Origin: Craspedostauros australis
Taxonomy: Eukaryota
Length of the DNA stretch: 52,231 nt
Assembly: GCA_030167865.1 (NCBI GenBank)
Contig: JALAGF010002520.1
Coordinates: forward strand, 1 to 52,231
Direction of reading: 5' to 3'
The notes under the pieces were generated by a model. The model saw nothing but the letters and a program-made list of their open reading frames with translations, ran no database searches and was not told where the DNA came from. Position 1 is the first letter of the stretch. Each line of letters starts with the position of its first letter. The translations under genes were made by a program, and so were the position numbers. Of the stretch, positions 1 to 11,800 are shown piece by piece.

Positions 1-105
1 TTGATCGACCTCCACATGGACAGCGATAGCGACAGCGATTTCGAAGTCACACCAGCACCTGCGAACTTGAAAAAAGGCGATGACGACAGCACAGAGACCG
101 AGTGA
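1..105 (+). CDS. Probable 3' end of a gene truncated by the window edge (acidic tail ...MDSDSDSDFEVTPAPANLKKGDDDSTETE*)
   Basis: Frame 1 is open from base 1 to TGA at 103-105, with coding-like codons, and is followed by AT-richer 3'UTR-like sequence. Too short to identify. Confidence 0.45.
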   Translation: MIDLHMDSDSDSDFEVTPAPANLKKGDDDSTETE

Positions 106-880
106 GACTATCCCGACCACCCCTCAACACACGAACAAGAATAACACTATTAACGAATAACTCTAATCACCATGATCACACTAGGACGATTTGTTGTCTA
201 CGGTAGTNCCTTCTAGATAGTCTAATTTGTTGCAACGGATTACTTGGACTACTATTGGAGTCCCATCGGCAAACCGACCAATATATGGTCTTTACCGCGG
301 TTCCCAAGAGGGGCTCCGAGGTGCGGATCTACCCCTGAGTCCTTCGAGACACGCAAAAAGACTGCGAACACCAAAGTTTGCTTCCGAAAGTCGGTTGGAG
401 ATGTCCATTTCGTCGGAGTTGGACGCAGAAGAAAAAGATTTGGTGTTTTGGCTTCCGAGTCGAGTCTTGTCGAATCGTGAAAGGAATTTGGTCAACAGTC
501 TTGTGTGACATGCCTTGTTAGGCCATCTGATGTCGCAGTCATAAATGGTGTCGCCCAAGTAAGACACGACAAGTCCCCTTGTGACCAATTCTCGCCATGA
601 TTTGCCCTTTTTCGCAATTGCGGCGAAGAATTGCGCCAAAAGAGAGTCATCAAGCCAATCTTCTGTGTTGTGTGCAGAACTCCTCAGACGGAATCATCTC
701 TCGGCTGGTCGGTGGCCTTGGTTGAGCGCATGTCCAGCAATCCACCGCAAAGCAGACCCGTGCGGTTGAGACGATACCACACCACACCACTTCATACTCA
801 TCTGACTCTGTCCATTTGACTGTATCCATTTGACGACTGCGCTCGCATACCAAGTGGATACGACAGAGTATCGGCACGTT

Positions 881-910
881 GCACAGCATAGCATAGCATA
901 GCATAGCACA
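881..910 (+). repeat. (GCATA)n pentanucleotide microsatellite in the 5' leader of the LRR gene
   Basis: gcaca-gcata x4-gcaca, read directly; a further short copy lies at about 928-941. Confidence 0.85.
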
Positions 911-952
911 ACAAGCAAGAAACCAAGTCATAGCATAGCACAGCAGAGCAAG

Positions 953-3900
953 ATGCCGAAGAAACGCAGACCGGAGCCGGAATCCGACAGCGAGTCGGAG
1001 AGCGACAGCGACACCTCCGGCAGCGAGAGCGACACCTCCGGCAGCGAGAGCGAGAGCGACACGTCCGGCAGTGAGAGCGACACCTCGGGCAGCGGGAGCG
1101 AGACATCTGGAAGCGAGAGCGAGAGTGACACGTCCGGCAGCGGCAGCGATACTTCGGGGGACGAGACCTCGGATGAAGACACCTCAGGTGAGGATACGTC
1201 GGATGAGGATACTTCCGATGAGGATACGTCGGACGAAGATACGTCGGACGAGGACACCTCTGATGAAGATACGTCGGATGAAGATACTTCAGATGAAGAT
1301 ACCTCAGATGAAGACTCGGAGACGTCTGGCAGCGGCAGCGAGACCTCTGGAAGCGGCAGCGAGATGTCGGGCAGCGGCAGTGAGACCTCTGGAAGTGGTA
1401 GTGAGACTTCAGGCAGTGGCAGCGAGACTTCTGGAAGCGGAAGCGAGACGTCGGGCAGTGGAAGCGGCAGTGAGACCTCTGGTAGTGGCAGTGGCAGCGG
1501 CACATCCGACGACGACAGCGAAGCTACCAGCGATGATGATAGCGAAGCCACATCGGACGATGACAGTGAAGCCACGTCTGACGACGACAGTGAAGCCACG
1601 AGCGACGACGACAGTGAAGCCACCAGCGATGATGGAAGCGGCAGTGGTAGTGGAAGCGGCAGCGGGTCCGAGAGCGATGGTACCAGCCAGGACAGCAGCG
1701 CCAACTCGACCAAGAGCAGCAACGCCAGCGAGGCTGACAGCGTCAACAGTAGCGGCACCAGCGAATCGAGCGACGCGACCAGCAAAAGCGGCGAGGCATC
1801 CGGTGAGTCAGAACAATCATCCCAAGCCTCAGAGGCCAGCGAGCAGACCAGCGATGATGACACATCTCAAGGATCAGGTTCCGGATCGGGATCTGGTTCA
1901 GGCTCTGGGTCGGGATCAGGCTCCGGTTCAGGATCCGGCTCAGGATCCGGATCTGGGTCGGGCTCTAGATCCGGCTCAGCATCGGGATCTGGTTCAGGCT
2001 CAGCGTCAGGCTCAGGCTCAGGCTCAGGATCTGAGTCCGACGCAACCTCGGAATCAGGTTCTGGCTCTGGCTCGGGTTCTGACGAGGGTTCGGAGATGAG
2101 TTCCGAGGAAGACTCTGACGATGGCTCCGAAGCCAGCGGCAGCGGTGACGAGGAAAGCACGTCCAGCGGCGATGAGTCATCCCAGGGCTCGTCTTCCGCC
2201 GACGACGACTCTGCCGATACCTCGGACTCCGATTCGCAAGAATCAGGATCTTCATCCGAAGAAGAGGAGGAAGATGACGACGACGACGAGGAGGAGGAGG
2301 ACGACACTCCGACACGAATGAAGAAGCAACGATCGCGCCTGCTGGGACCAGCACCCGACGAGACCGACGACGAGGATGATGACATGCTCGCGCCCATCGA
2401 CAGCAGCAAGATCTCCGAGCTCGTCGGCGACGCAGAGGCCGCGGCCCTTGCAAAGGCGGAGAATGAAAACAACGACAGTCAGCAACGCCGCAACCGTGTC
2501 TTCGAGTCTGACATGGACGACACCAACGATGATGACAGCTCCTTCGATGCCGAGAGCATCCTGGAATCCATCGCCAACGACGCCAAGGCTCCCAACAACA
2601 ACCTTGATGGCCAAGATAACAAGGAGGATTCCATCGACGCATCGGAGCGTTCGCGCTCCTCCAATTCCGAGAACTTGTCTGCGTCAGGATCCATCTCTGC
2701 CAGCAACTCATCCATCAACAAGAAGGAGGCCTCCGCGAAGAGCATGCGATCCGGCAAATCGTCAAAGTCCGCATCGAGCGGACGATCGAGCAAGTCTGGC
2801 AAGTCCAGCAAGTCGGGCAAATCCAACAAGTCGGGCAAGTCCAACAAGAAGCCATCGTCCCGCTCCCAAAAGTCCAAGACGGTCCCAGTCAAGGTGGAGA
2901 CCGTCAACAGCAGCGATTCCGATGGCGGCGGACTCTCCATCTCGGAGGGAACCGATGACAGGGAGGAAGCGACAACGCCAGAGAGGAAGGATCCACCTTC
3001 CCGCGCCTCCTCCACTAGCAGCAAGCGCTCCTGGTTCAGCAACTTCGGCTTCGGATCCAAGAAGAATTCGAACGATGGATTCCAGTCCATGGAGACTGAC
3101 GTCGAACAAGGCGAAGCTCACAAAGCGGGCGACGAGGTCAGATCCGAGGTTTCGGGAGAGGACTCCGGCCGTGGCGATGACAACAGCAAGGAGGATGACA
3201 AGAAAAAGAAGAGGGACAACCGCAAGAAGGCAGCCGCGGCAGCAGCGGTGGCAGGAGCAGCAGTAGGTGCTGCTGCCTACGCATCCAACAAGCCGGGATC
3301 CTCACGCAGCGAAGGCTCCATCGAGTATCGCAGACGTCGCGAAGAGGAGCTCCAGCTCCAGGAGAAGGCCCGCATGGAGGCGGAGCGAGAGCTCCAGCTG
3401 CAGGAGAAGGCACGTATTGAAGCCGAAGACGAAAAGAGGAAGCAGGAGGAGCTGCGTCAGCAGGCGCAGCGCGACCTCGAACAGACCGAAGTACTCAAGC
3501 AGATGGCTCTCGAAGAAAAGCGACGTGCCGAGATGGAGCGCAAGCAGGCCGAGAAGCTGCGTGCCAAGAATGAACGTGAGCAGGAGCGTATGGAGAGCAA
3601 CAAACGCAAGATTGAGCGCTTGGAACGCAAGAAGGCCACCGAGGCAAAGCGCATCGCCGATCGCCGAAGGCAGGAGGCCGCCTCCGGCAAGCTGTACGAT
3701 CCGGATGCCGATGATCGACGTCGGCGCCGACGTGCCTTGTGCTGGCTGCTGGCATGCCTCATCTTGCTCATCGGTGTGGGCGGAGGTGTTGGCATCGGTA
3801 TTGGTCTATTCAATGATGACGACAGTTCACCAAGAACTATTGCCGCAATCACAGAGCCACCGACGCAGACCCCAACCGGACCAGGAGGAAGCACAGCAGC

Positions 3901-5525
3901 GCCGGTGCAGAAAACGAGCGCGCCGACAGCACCCAACGGTCCACCAGTGCAGGCCCCGAATGTAGACACGACCACCCCACCGACACAGGCTCCCGTCAAC
4001 GTCGTTCCAACTCAGGCCCCCACGCCTCAAACGCCATTAACGCGAGTGCGTTCCATCGTGCTGCCGGCCACGCTGGAGGATCCAGCGGTCTTTGATGATC
4101 CTGACTCCCCTCCGGCACGGGCGATCGAATGGTTGGCAAACAGCCCAGTCCTGAGAAACCAAGACGACGAAACGGTCCTCATCCGATACGTCCTGGCTAC
4201 CTTCTACTACAGCACAGGCGGTGATGACTGGACGGTGAGAGACGGTTGGCTGACCAACCGTGATGAATGCAGCTGGTTCGTTGCCGTTCCTCCGGCTTGC
4301 AACGATGACCGTGTATTCGCTAACCTCATCATGGGCCAGAACAACCTCCAGGGGTCCCTACCGAAGGATTTGGCGCTGCTATCGGAAAGCCTCGTCACTC
4401 TCAACATTCGCGGTTCGGATGACCAGCTCGGTCAATCTGCTGGGGAAGGCAGTCTGGTGGGCAGCATCCCGAGCGAGTACGGAGCGCTGACTGGTTTGAC
4501 AGTCATGGACCTCCGCGATAACGACATGTCGGGACCCATTCCCCCCGAACTCCGCACCCTGAACAGCCTGACGCAGCTGGATCTGCACGGCAACAGCCAC
4601 ACTCAGTCAATTCCAACCCAGCTGCTGACGTCTCTGAACCAGCTCACGTTGTTGGATTTAGGTGACAATGACCTCACCGGCGTCTTGGCGGCCCAGATCG
4701 GGTCGTTGCGAAGACTGACATCGTTGAATCTCGAAAACAACGACATGCGTGGCCCAGTTCCGACCCAGCTGGAGTCTCTCAACAATCTGGTCAACCTGAA
4801 CCTGCGAGGCAACGGGTTCACCTCCTTCCCGAAGACGCTCGGTGGCAAGCTCACATCTCTGGAGACAGTGGACGTGTCTTCGAACGAGATTGGCGGTACT
4901 TTGCACACGGAATTTGGCGAGTTGGTAACCCTGACGTCTTTGGATCTCAGCAACAATGACTTTGGTTTCCGCATCCCGACCGAATTCGGACTGCTCGTGA
5001 ACCTCAACGAGAAGCTGGACTTGTCCAACAACGGGCTTTTCCTTCAGGTTCCATCCGAGCTCGGAAACCTCAACGGATTGAGTAAGTTCATCCATGCGTG
5101 GCGATTGTGACATGACGATTTCGATGGCGATGAGTTCTGTTTCTTCTGTGTCCTATTCGTGTACTCACCTCAACCCCGTCTTTACATCGATGCACTTTTG
5201 CCTTATCTTAACCCATGTACACAACCCATGTACACATCCCACATACCCACCCAATCACGTAGGAACACTGCGTTTGCAAGGCAATGACCTGCAAGGCGAC
5301 CTGCCCGGCCAGTTGGCGAACCTGGTGCAGCTGCGCGAGTTCCGCGTCGAGGAGAACAGTTTGATAGGGACCGTCCCACTCTGTCCGGTCTTCGACAACA
5401 CCCAACCGATCGCATACGCTGACTGCTCGGAGATCGAGTGCACGTGCTGTTCCCATTGCTGTTCGGACGGAGAAGGCTGCGAATGCATCGTCCCCAACGA
5501 TCCGTTCCGTTGCCCGGTTCCATAG
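953..5525 (+). CDS. Large single-pass (type II) leucine-rich-repeat membrane protein of the diatom-expanded LRR family; exons 953-5081 and 5263-5525
   Basis: Architecture in order: S/D/G/E-rich repeats, KxxK tract, coiled coil, RRRRRR plus hydrophobic TM ([26 protein letters not shown]), Pro/Thr linker, the motif [10 protein letters not shown]...[16 protein letters not shown]...WL...ECSW, then many LxxLxLxxNxLxGxIP repeats. Intron 5082-5262 (a|gtaagt...cacgtag|ga) restores the LRR frame ([14 protein letters not shown]) and leads to the Cys-rich end [15 protein letters not shown]. Confidence 0.9.
990..2085 (+). repeat. Coding tandem-repeat arrays: DTSGSES, (DTSDE)n, (ETSGSGS)n, (ATSDDDSE)n, (GS)n
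   Basis: Successive arrays with periods of 15, 21, 24 and 6 nt and synonymous variation between units, visible in both DNA and translation. Confidence 0.9.
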
Positions 5526-6729
5526 GAAGGTCCGCGAAGAGACGGCATGAAATGAAACGAAGAAGACACGTCGAGATGCATGAGACTCGCACATGTCATT
5601 AGGAGAGTGCCAACAAACGGAGACACATGGTCTTCTTGGAAAAGGCAGAGAGAGAGAGAAACAGAGAAACAGAGAAAGACAGTTCAGATACATCTGTGTG
5701 CATCTTTATGTTACGTGAAATACTACAGTTAAGAACTCTATCATAAAAACGAAATCAAATGAAAGCCAGACCGTGCTCTACCCACACTGTGATCCACATA
5801 CCCATACACCTGCCAACTTCTCCACCTCTACCTCCGGATGAAATGCTACGATGGCGATGTCTTCGATTTCCGCGCCAAAACAACCGAACATGAACGGACA
5901 TTCTCCATTTAACGCTGCGGCGTGGGTGTGAAACAACTTTTTTGCGGACCCGACCACGACCACAACACGAATTCGCGTTTGAACTTTCAGTTTGTGTGTT
6001 TTGCGCGGACAACATCGCATTCTCAAAGGGATTCGAGGTGAGTTGGGCGGTGCGTCTGTGTTGGAGGGGCGGAGTGTGCTGCGCAGTTGCCATTCCATGC
6101 CATCAAGAGTTGAAGCAATCATCTGCTCCACTATACACGAGGGTTTCCTATCCGAAGGAATAGAGAGCGGTGAAAGAGAGATAGGGAAGCGCAACAACAA
6201 TTTGCACAGAAGAAGGTGCGTCCGTTGAGCATCGTGTTCGCCACTTTGGTCACTCGGAAGGTGCCGCTCACAGCACTGCGAAGCGACCTGGAGCAGCTCC
6301 TGCCGATCGAAGGCAATGGTGAAGGAGAAAGGCAACATTCGCTTGGGGGATGTGCGACGTGCGCTGCAGTGTTTGCTTGCACGATAGTTTCATGTTGGTG
6401 TCGACCCACGCAATCGCTCATCCAAACGTCTTTTGCTGACACTCTGGTTCCATTTCGCATCGCACATATCATCCCATCCTGTGGTGTACATACTTCATGG
6501 GTGAAACGCACTATCGATAACATGAACTGTGCCGTGCCATGCTCTCCACCATGTCATTCTCTGACCTCTCTGGGACAATGTCAAACAACGCAGCAATCAA
6601 AGTAAAGCAAACAAATCAGAGCAAAACGAAGGCGAAGGCGAATCGTGTGTGCATCTGACAACAATCTGCACAGCGCAACCCAATACGACACGGATCATCA
6701 ACAGGAAGAACAATCCCTATTGAGCAAAC

Positions 6730-6951
6730 ATGGGTTGCGGTGGGTCGAAGGACGGAGATTCCAGACTGCAGCAGGTGGATGATTCGGTGCACGTCATGAT
6801 CAAGCATGACAAGAAGGTGCAGCAGCAGAAGGGAGAAGCGCCACATGGCTACGTCCCACGGCAGCCCCATCCGCTCTTGCAGCAAACGCAGCAGCAGACT
6901 GGGACGATAACAGCGACGGAAGAATCCGGCGAGATGGAGCCAGCGAAATGA
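6730..6951 (+). CDS. Small (73 aa) protein with a predicted N-myristoylation/palmitoylation motif
   Basis: Starts MGCGGSK (G2, C3, S6, K7: classic dual-acylation consensus), has A at -3, follows a CAA-rich leader, and shows coding-like codon usage. Confidence 0.75.
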   Translation: MGCGGSKDGDSRLQQVDDSVHVMIKHDKKVQQQKGEAPHGYVPRQPHPLLQQTQQQTGTITATEESGEMEPAK

Positions 6952-7709
6952 GCAGTCTTGTGTTTTTGGATGAGTGTTTTGGACAAGAGAGAGAGCAACA
7001 CACAGGCGTCTCCGTGGATATGATATGGATATTGAGAAGGATATTATGGCGGAGTGCCAATGCTATGAACAGGAAAAGGAACATGAACATGAACAAGACT
7101 CTTTGGAGGTGGCTGCCAAGGTGATCGGATGTGGCATTCGAATCAATCAGTGTCGGTCGTGGCTTCACCTCCAAACGCAGCCTATCCATTTGGTATACTA
7201 TATGTGCCAGTGAACAAAGCAAACAAGATGATATCGTCACTGTAAACAACAATTTAGCAAACAAGAAGATACTAGCACATACTCGTGCCCATGAGGAATT
7301 CAAACAGGCTGTGGTTGGAGGATTGTAGAATCGACATCAAATGCATCATCTGTGCAGCGTTCTGGGAGTCGTGCGGGAATATTCAATCATGTTTAGGACT
7401 ATCGAATCACGAATTGGTCTCGACCACGCAGAACCAACCAAAATCGCGCACAAATGTTGTTGTCCATCATCGTGGATGTGCGCGTATCACCGCACAGAGC
7501 CTACAACCCCATCATCGCGTTGCCTCGTCCCCTCATCACCTCAGTGCAGAACTCCAGCAACATCTCCATCCAGAGCAGCACTCACTGAAGATACCAGCAG
7601 CATCCAGGACAGTCGAGGAGCAAAGAAAGCGCCATCAAGAAGCAAGCAAGCGCAAGAGGAAGAGGAAGAAGAAGCCGGCCTTGCACCAGCATCCAAAGAA
7701 ACAGCAACC

Positions 7710-8444
7710 ATGGCCCGACCAGCAGAAAAGGCACGATCCATGCTGAACAAATGGGTCAAGATGAGGGAGGAAGGCAACGCCACCAGCATCTCCAGCCGCT
7801 CCAAGCGCCGCCCCTACCTCGCCTCGCAATGCGAGCACCTGGCCGACGCCGAGCACTACCGCAACCAGATCGTGCGCGAGATCTCCAACTCCATCTCCAA
7901 GATCCAGAATCCCGGTCTGGGAGAGCACGGCATCCGCGAGCTCAACGACGAGATCAACCACAGCTTCCGCGAGAAGTTCCATTGGAACAAGCGGATACTC
8001 GAGCTGGGCGGCAAGGACTACAACGCCATCGAGAAGCAACGGCGGATCGAGGAGGGCGACGACTACGCGGAAGGCGCCGGCGGGTATCGGTACTTCGGCG
8101 CCGCCAAGACCCTGCCCGGCGTCAAGGAGCTGCTGGAGGGCCAGGCGCAGAAGAAGAGGTTGGCCAAGCTGGGCGCGGGGCGCAATGATGTCTACAAGCG
8201 CATAACGGTGGATTACTACGGCTGGAAGGACGAAGAGGACGGGGTCCTGTTGGAGATGGAAGAAAAGGCCCGTCGCGAGAACAAGCGGCGAAAGATATCG
8301 GAGGATGGAGACGATGACAGCGGCGTGTCGGGATCGCTCACGGACGTCGGCCATGATTACCTGGACGTTCCATCGCAGGAGGAGGTCGCCAAGATTCTTC
8401 TGGCAGAAAAGAAGAAGAACCTGCTGGCGAAGTTTGCATTCTGA
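7710..8444 (+). CDS. ISY1: Pre-mRNA splicing factor ISY1
   Basis: MARPAEKARSMLNKW, RRPYLAS, IQNPGLGEHGIRELNDEIN, W..RILELGG.DY, YRYFGAAKTLPGVKELL, YYGWKDEEDG and VPSQEEV are ISY1 signatures. The true start is the ATG at 7710, not the ORF-track start at 7341. Confidence 0.95.
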   Translation: MARPAEKARSMLNKWVKMREEGNATSISSRSKRRPYLASQCEHLADAEHYRNQIVREISNSISKIQNPGLGEHGIRELNDEINHSFREKFHWNKRILELGGKDYNAIEKQRRIEEGDDYAEGAGGYRYFGAAKTLPGVKELLEGQAQKKRLAKLGAGRNDVYKRITVDYYGWKDEEDGVLLEMEEKARRENKRRKISEDGDDDSGVSGSLTDVGHDYLDVPSQEEVAKILLAEKKKNLLAKFAF

Positions 8445-8882
8445 TTACACGGGTGCCATACTACTCACTTATGAAGAGATATGCTTCAGTAAATGCAATG
8501 GATGTTGGCACCTACATACGACTATGTGTGCGAGTCAGAACGAGGCACTACGACTTGAATGCATGGTTTGAACGAGTGCCAAGTTACAAGGGTGCCGAGC
8601 GATCACTCCATTCATCATTGAGATCAATCCGCAGACCTTTTCAATGAATGATTACCATTGCTCTTCAGGGCCGTGCTGTATCGCTACGAAGGAAATCCTG
8701 GACATCGAACCATCACTCAAGAACCCATGCCAGTCGAGAAACGGGTTGGACGGTTTGGATACCTGCCGCCTTTGACGCTCTCTAGATGTGCTATATAGTA
8801 CTGTAGTAGCCAGGCACTTCACACTCGTCCATGCATTATAATCGCAGAACTCTCTCTCTCTCTCTCCTCATAATAGATTATG

Positions 8883-11800
8883 TTAATTGGCAACGCACAG
8901 ATCCAAGTACTCCACGATTTCGGCGTGGTCTTGGTCTCTGGCGTAGTCCAAGGGGCTTTGGTTGTTTTGGTTTTGGATGAGCCAGTTTGCCTTCCCAGAC
9001 TCGATCAGATGCTTCACGACATCCACCTGGCCTTCCCAGCATGCGCAGTGAAGCGGGGTGTCACCAACATTGTTTTGGACGTCAACGTCTGATTTGGATG
9101 AATCCAATAGGTACTTGGCGACTTCCAGATACGCATTCATGCCGGCAGAAGTCAGCGCGTTCTCGCCTTGCCCGGCTGTAACGATTGCGTTGGCCTCGCC
9201 TGACTCCACCATCTGCTTCATGGCGGCCAAGCCGTCCGCATCGAAGTCACCATACACGACAGTACCCACTTCCAGATCACGGGTGTTGATTTCGATGTTG
9301 CATGATTTCGCCAACGCCATCATTGCCTCCATGTGGTCTCGGCTGTTGACGACAGGACCTGCGCCATCTTCCTGATTTTCTTGAGCATTGACGGCAAGTT
9401 GGTTGGCCATTGCCAAGGCATTGAGAATGGCTGGCTCGCCATCGTCTCCGGGAGGGGCGAGCGCGGCGTTATCGCCATCACCTGCATCTCCCTCATCGAC
9501 ACCACCACCGACACCGACACCGACACCGACGCCGACGCCGACACCAACACCAACACCTACGTCCGCATCTGTGCCGGCGCCAAGCCTTGCAGTGTCTGAT
9601 TGCACGAGATACTTCACAGTACCCAATCGATTCTTTGAGCATGCTTCCTTCAGCGCAGCGTCGTCGATGCCATCTGGCGAAGCAGATCGCAGCATGGCCT
9701 CCACCCTCTCCGAGTCTGCTCCGGAACTTGAACCGAACATCACGGAGTCACCAGTGTTGCTTCGGAGCCTGACGACTGTCCCGAATGAGTTGACGAGATA
9801 TTCCACGATGTCCAAATGACCCTTGCTGCATGCCCAATGCAGCGCGGTGTTCCCATGCTTATTTGGCTTGGTGATATCTCCCCCACCAGATTCGACCAGA
9901 TACTTGAGGACATCCAGATGACCATTTCCACTCGCACAGTGCATTCCCGTGATATCGTCGGCCACTTGGTTCACGTCGACCTTGCACGATGCAACTAAGT
10001 ACTCCACAATGTCCAAGTGGTTGTTGCTGCTCGCGCATTGAATGGGAGCGAAGTCATCGCTGTTCTTCATGTAGATGTCAGCTCCGAATGACTCCACCAA
10101 CTCCTTGAAGACACGCAGCTCGCCGTTTTTGCTGGCGCGATGAAGTGCAGTGTCACCGTCGATGTATTTCGTGTTGACATCCGCATTGCAGGACTCCACC
10201 AAGTATCTGATGATCGCAGTGTGCTCGTTCTTGCATGCATGGTGAATCGCAGCGCCATCGTGCCCATTTTGAATGTTGATGTCTGCTTTGCCGGATTCCA
10301 CAAGACATTTCACGATCTCCAGGTGATCATTCAAACACGCCGTATGGAGGGCGGTGCGTCCATCGGGGTCTCGGATGTCGACATCTGCTTTGGCCGATTC
10401 CACCAAGCATCTCGCAATACTCTGGTAACCATTCAAACACGCCGTATGGAGGGCGGTGCGTCCATCGGGATCCAGGATATCTACGTTCACCTTCTCCGAT
10501 CCCACCAGAGATTCCACCGTGTTAAAGTTGTCATTCGCACATGCTACGTGGAGGGCGGTGCGTCCATCGGCGTCCAGGATGTCGATATCCGCTTTGCCGG
10601 ATTCTACCAGACACTGTACGATATCCAAGTTTCCAGCCGCACACATGGCGTGGAGGGCGGTGCGTCCATCGGCGTCCAGGATGTCGACATCTGCTTTGCC
10701 AGATTTCACCAGGCACTGCACGATGTGCAGACGATCTTCTAAGCACGCTAAATGGAGAGCGGTGCGCCCGTTGGGGTCCAGGATATCGACGTTTGCTTTT
10801 CCGGAATTGACAAGGCGCCTGACGATGTCCAAACGGCGGGTCGGGCATATTTGATGCAGCGCCGTGCGTCCGTCAGCGTCGAGGATGTTGATATCCGCTT
10901 CGTCGGGCTGTACCAAGCATGCGACAATATGAAAGTTCGGAACCTTGGCCAAGCACGCCTGGTGAAGCGCAATGCGCCCGTCTGAGTTCTTCACGTTCAC
11001 ATCGACCAAGCAGGACTCCACCAAATACTTGACAGCTTCCACACGCCCCATTTTGGTTGCGCAATGTAGCGGAGTGTAACCGTGGTTGTTCTGAGCGTTG
11101 ATCTCGGCGTCACCTGTTCCCACCAAGTACTTGATGACATCCACGCGGCCCATGCTGCTCGCACAATGAAGCGCGGTGGATCCGCCCGCATTGGATTGCT
11201 TGACGTCTGCTCCACACGACTCCACCAAGTACTTCACGACATCTAAGTGGCCCATGCTGCTTGCGCAGTGAAGTGCCGTGCCTTCCTTGTCATTCTGGAT
11301 GTTGATATCTGCTCCGCATGACTCCACCAAGTACTTCACGGTCTCGTAGCGGCCCTTCAAACATGCGACATGAAGCGCAGTGTTTCCAAGGTCGTTTTGG
11401 AGGCTGACGTCGGGTTTGTTGGATTCCATGAACCACTTCAAGCCGTCCACATCCCCTCTCTGACAGATGGCATGAAGTAAGGTATTGCCATCGTTGTTTT
11501 GGAGATCGATAGTCACGTCGGACGTGTCCACGATGTGCTTGACGATGTCCATATGGCCTGCTAGGCACGCGAAGTAGAGCGCCGTGTTGCCGTATATGTC
11601 TTGAACGTTGGGATTGATTCCGCTGGACTGCGTCAGATGCTGCACGATGTCCAGGTAGCCCCACTGGCAAGCGCAATGGATGGGAGTCTCGCCGATGTAG
11701 TCCTGCAAGGTGGCATCGGCTGCGTGGGTGTTCATCAAGATCTGCACCACAGCCAGACGGCCCTGGACGCAGGCATCGTGCAGCGCCGTCTTGCCGTACT

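Noticed and set aside
208-208. Single N base
   Set aside because: An assembly ambiguity, not a biological feature. It may mark a join, so the context on either side is less certain.
227-640. Overlapping short ORFs (93, 78 and 115 aa), considered as a transposon remnant
   Set aside because: No recognisable domain, terminal repeats or target-site duplication.
990-1660. Regularly spaced repeats considered as a CRISPR array
   Set aside because: Units are contiguous, in-frame coding repeats with no unique spacers; there are no cas genes and the context is eukaryotic.
798-3090. Long antisense and alternative-frame ORFs over the LRR gene repeats (e.g. 928-1863, 798-1505)
   Set aside because: Shadows of low-complexity, stop-poor coding repeats.
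7341-7709. N-terminal extension of ISY1 in the ORF track
   Set aside because: ISY1 proteins start at MAR; the upstream part has leader-like composition.
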